A stretch of DNA of 64,000 bases, from contig CAJFCJ010000008.1 in NCBI GenBank assembly GCA_904063045.1, forward strand, positions 868,001 to 932,000, given 5' to 3'. Source of the DNA: Dimorphilus gyrociliatus (Eukaryota; Animalia; Annelida). Position numbers and translations under genes: made by a program. Positions 61,917 through 64,000 of the stretch are shown here, one piece after another. The first letter of the stretch is position 1; the number at the start of each line of letters is the position of its first letter. The notes beneath the pieces are model-generated. The model did not search any database. It was not told where the DNA came from and saw only the letters and a list, made by a program, of their open reading frames with translations.

Positions 61917-62976
61917 TTTCAATTATTTTAAATCAACGAATTAATAAATATAATATTTTAAACCTGTCTATGCTATGTCGTTGCTAAGCGACTTAGAGAA
62001 ATTTACCAGTTGTCAGTTGCCAACGGTATATTTTACATTTTGAAAATTCGCGCCACAAATACAAAAAGATTCTTTTGAATAAAGTTTTCCTATTAATCAA
62101 TATTAAACATGTTTAGAGTCGTACTTGATCTTCCTGAAAAAGAGAGAATAACACGATAAATATATTTATATTGATATGAGTTATTTAATTATTGAGAGCT
62201 GCAATGCTTTTATACCTTTCGCGGAGCAATTCAGGCAAAAAATAATAATTACCATAGTTGCTTTCCAGTGGATTCTTTGATGATAGCAGATTATAGTATG
62301 AATTAACTGAATGGAAAATATTGAAGTGTTATGGAATATGGAATATGAAATATTGATCAAATAGAGAGATACAATAGTCAAAATAATATCTTTTAGACAC
62401 TTAATATCTTAAATTCTTGTTTAAATTAGTTTTAAGACTCCTGAATGGCTGATTAAAGCTAATCCAGTATTATTTACAGTCTTGCAGTTACAGTATGAAA
62501 TATCTACTTAAAAAACTGTTATTCATTCAAATAGTAGACTATAAACACAACAATTTTAGTATTTACTAACGTGTCTTACTCAAAATCCAAAAGATTTTCA
62601 TAATTTGCCTTTCTATTTTCATCCAAATTTTCGACAGCTTAGCACAAACGTTTAAGTAAACTTTAAGCCGATAAGAGCTAGATTAAAGAACGTATACGTA
62701 GCCGTCTAAACTTGCCCAAGTTCACACTGAGTTTTCTTCCTCTATTTTTTTTTTTAAAAAAAAAAGTATAAAATTTTTATTTGAGTGCAAAATTTCTTTT
62801 ATTGTTTTATAGTAAAAAGATAAATATATATATATATAAGTTTCTATAGCAAATAAATTCTACTTTGGCCGACAGCACAAAAAAGGTGTAAAAAAAAACA
62901 AAACAAAGGTAAAAAGGATAAACTCTTGATTATCAACACGCCAAAAAATTGATTTTCATTGAGCAGTCAGCTTTTT

Positions 62977-64000
62977 TCAACATTCTTTATATATCTTCAC
63001 TTCAGAATCCGATGGCATGCAGAGATAAGACTTTGGCTTTAAATTGTTTATAATTAATTAATTAATTAATCAATCTAATTAATTTAATTAAAAAACTTTT
63101 CCTACTTTATTAAAAGAATATTTATCGCCTTTTAAACTTGATAGTTCATTTTTCAATGAATAAATCTGATCTTGTAATCTTTGCTTATCATTTTGCCAAT
63201 GTGAGGATTCTTGTAAAATTTGCTTTTCCATGTTCGAACGAAAATCATCGTGAAATTTTTGAGCTACAATCTCATTTTGATGTTGATTTATCATTGGAGG
63301 CTGATAGGGTAATTGAGACTTTTCCAGTTGCCTAGGTGATTTTGATAATGTCTGTTGTAATTTATTTATTTGATCAACGTGTTCGGCAATTAATCTTTCT
63401 TTTAAAGCATCGAGAGCAATCATCTGTAAAAAGTGAAGTTTTATAAAAACTGCAAAGAATGTTCAACTCTAACCTTATCCTTATGGAATGATTCTCTTAT
63501 CTTGTCGATTTCACCGCCTCTCTTCCTTTCGTATTGTATAACTAATTGTTTTACATTCTTTAAATCGGATTTAATTGCATTATAAGAACGTTTTAATTCC
63601 ACCATTATACTACGTAAATAGCTGAGAGATGATCCAAAGCTGTTCTTTCTATTTTGTGATCCATTTTCATTAACAGGGATTTGAATAGCAAAGTTTTCAA
63701 TAATTTTTCTGCATTCATCATGCATTTGAGACGTGATATGCTTTTCGAATCTATCGTATTTTCCTATAGCTTCCCTCTCCCTTAAGAGAGCGTCATTTCT
63801 CTCCCGTCTGAGATTGGATAGCTGAATTTCGACATTTTGTAGGAGACGCTGCTGCTTATCGCAGTCCAGTAAAGTCTGATTTTCAGCGCAATTTTTTATT
63901 TGATTAACTTCTTTATGCTTTTTAACTGTTAATTCGTGACGAAGTTCGGCTAAAGCGGACTGTTTTGAGTAGATAGTGTCGTCTAATAGGCTTTGTAGCT
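62977..64000 (-). CDS. 3' part of an uncharacterised coiled-coil protein (5' end outside window)
   Basis: Open frame from the window edge through 63441, exon to about 63100, and terminal exon PKSYLCMPSDSEVKIYKEC*; heptad-like L/E/K/Q-rich sequence. Confidence 0.65.

Noticed and set aside
62181-62381. 66-aa minus-strand ORF and nearby short ORFs
   Set aside because: AT-rich, Ile/Phe-biased composition typical of random intergenic ORFs; no splice or homology support.

Overview
AT-rich, compact animal genomic DNA with mostly 50-110 nt introns. The taxon cannot be established from sequence alone; a ciliated invertebrate such as a small-genome annelid is a guess. Housekeeping genes (STEEP1/CXorf56, SLC33A1, UBE3D on the left; TAF1B, AMMECR1, ATG16L1, a divergent IP3R/RyR-family channel, RSPH1 and a partial coiled-coil gene on the right) flank a 30-kb cluster of four paralogous collagen genes (A + 10333-17065, B - 17763-24754, C - 25417-32274, D + 33248-40177). 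Manual splicing gives all four the same architecture, which I do not recognise from any established collagen class: signal peptide, short CX5-6C cap, very long Gly-X-Y domain, an 11-Cys EGF with an insertion, a normal cbEGF, a truncated 4-Cys EGF, linker, a single C-terminal TM helix and a short cytoplasmic tail. This implies TYPE I membrane topology, with no COLFI or C4/NC1 domain. By hand count of exon lengths the collagenous domain is exactly 4818 nt (1606 residues) in all four genes despite different intron sets and divergent sequence, and all four carry a +1 register stutter exactly five triplets before the helix end. This points to a co-regulated, membrane-tethered heterotrimeric collagen system (inference). 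Gene models and lengths were derived by eye and need RNA-seq or spliced-alignment confirmation. No tRNA, rRNA, CRISPR array or intact mobile element was seen.
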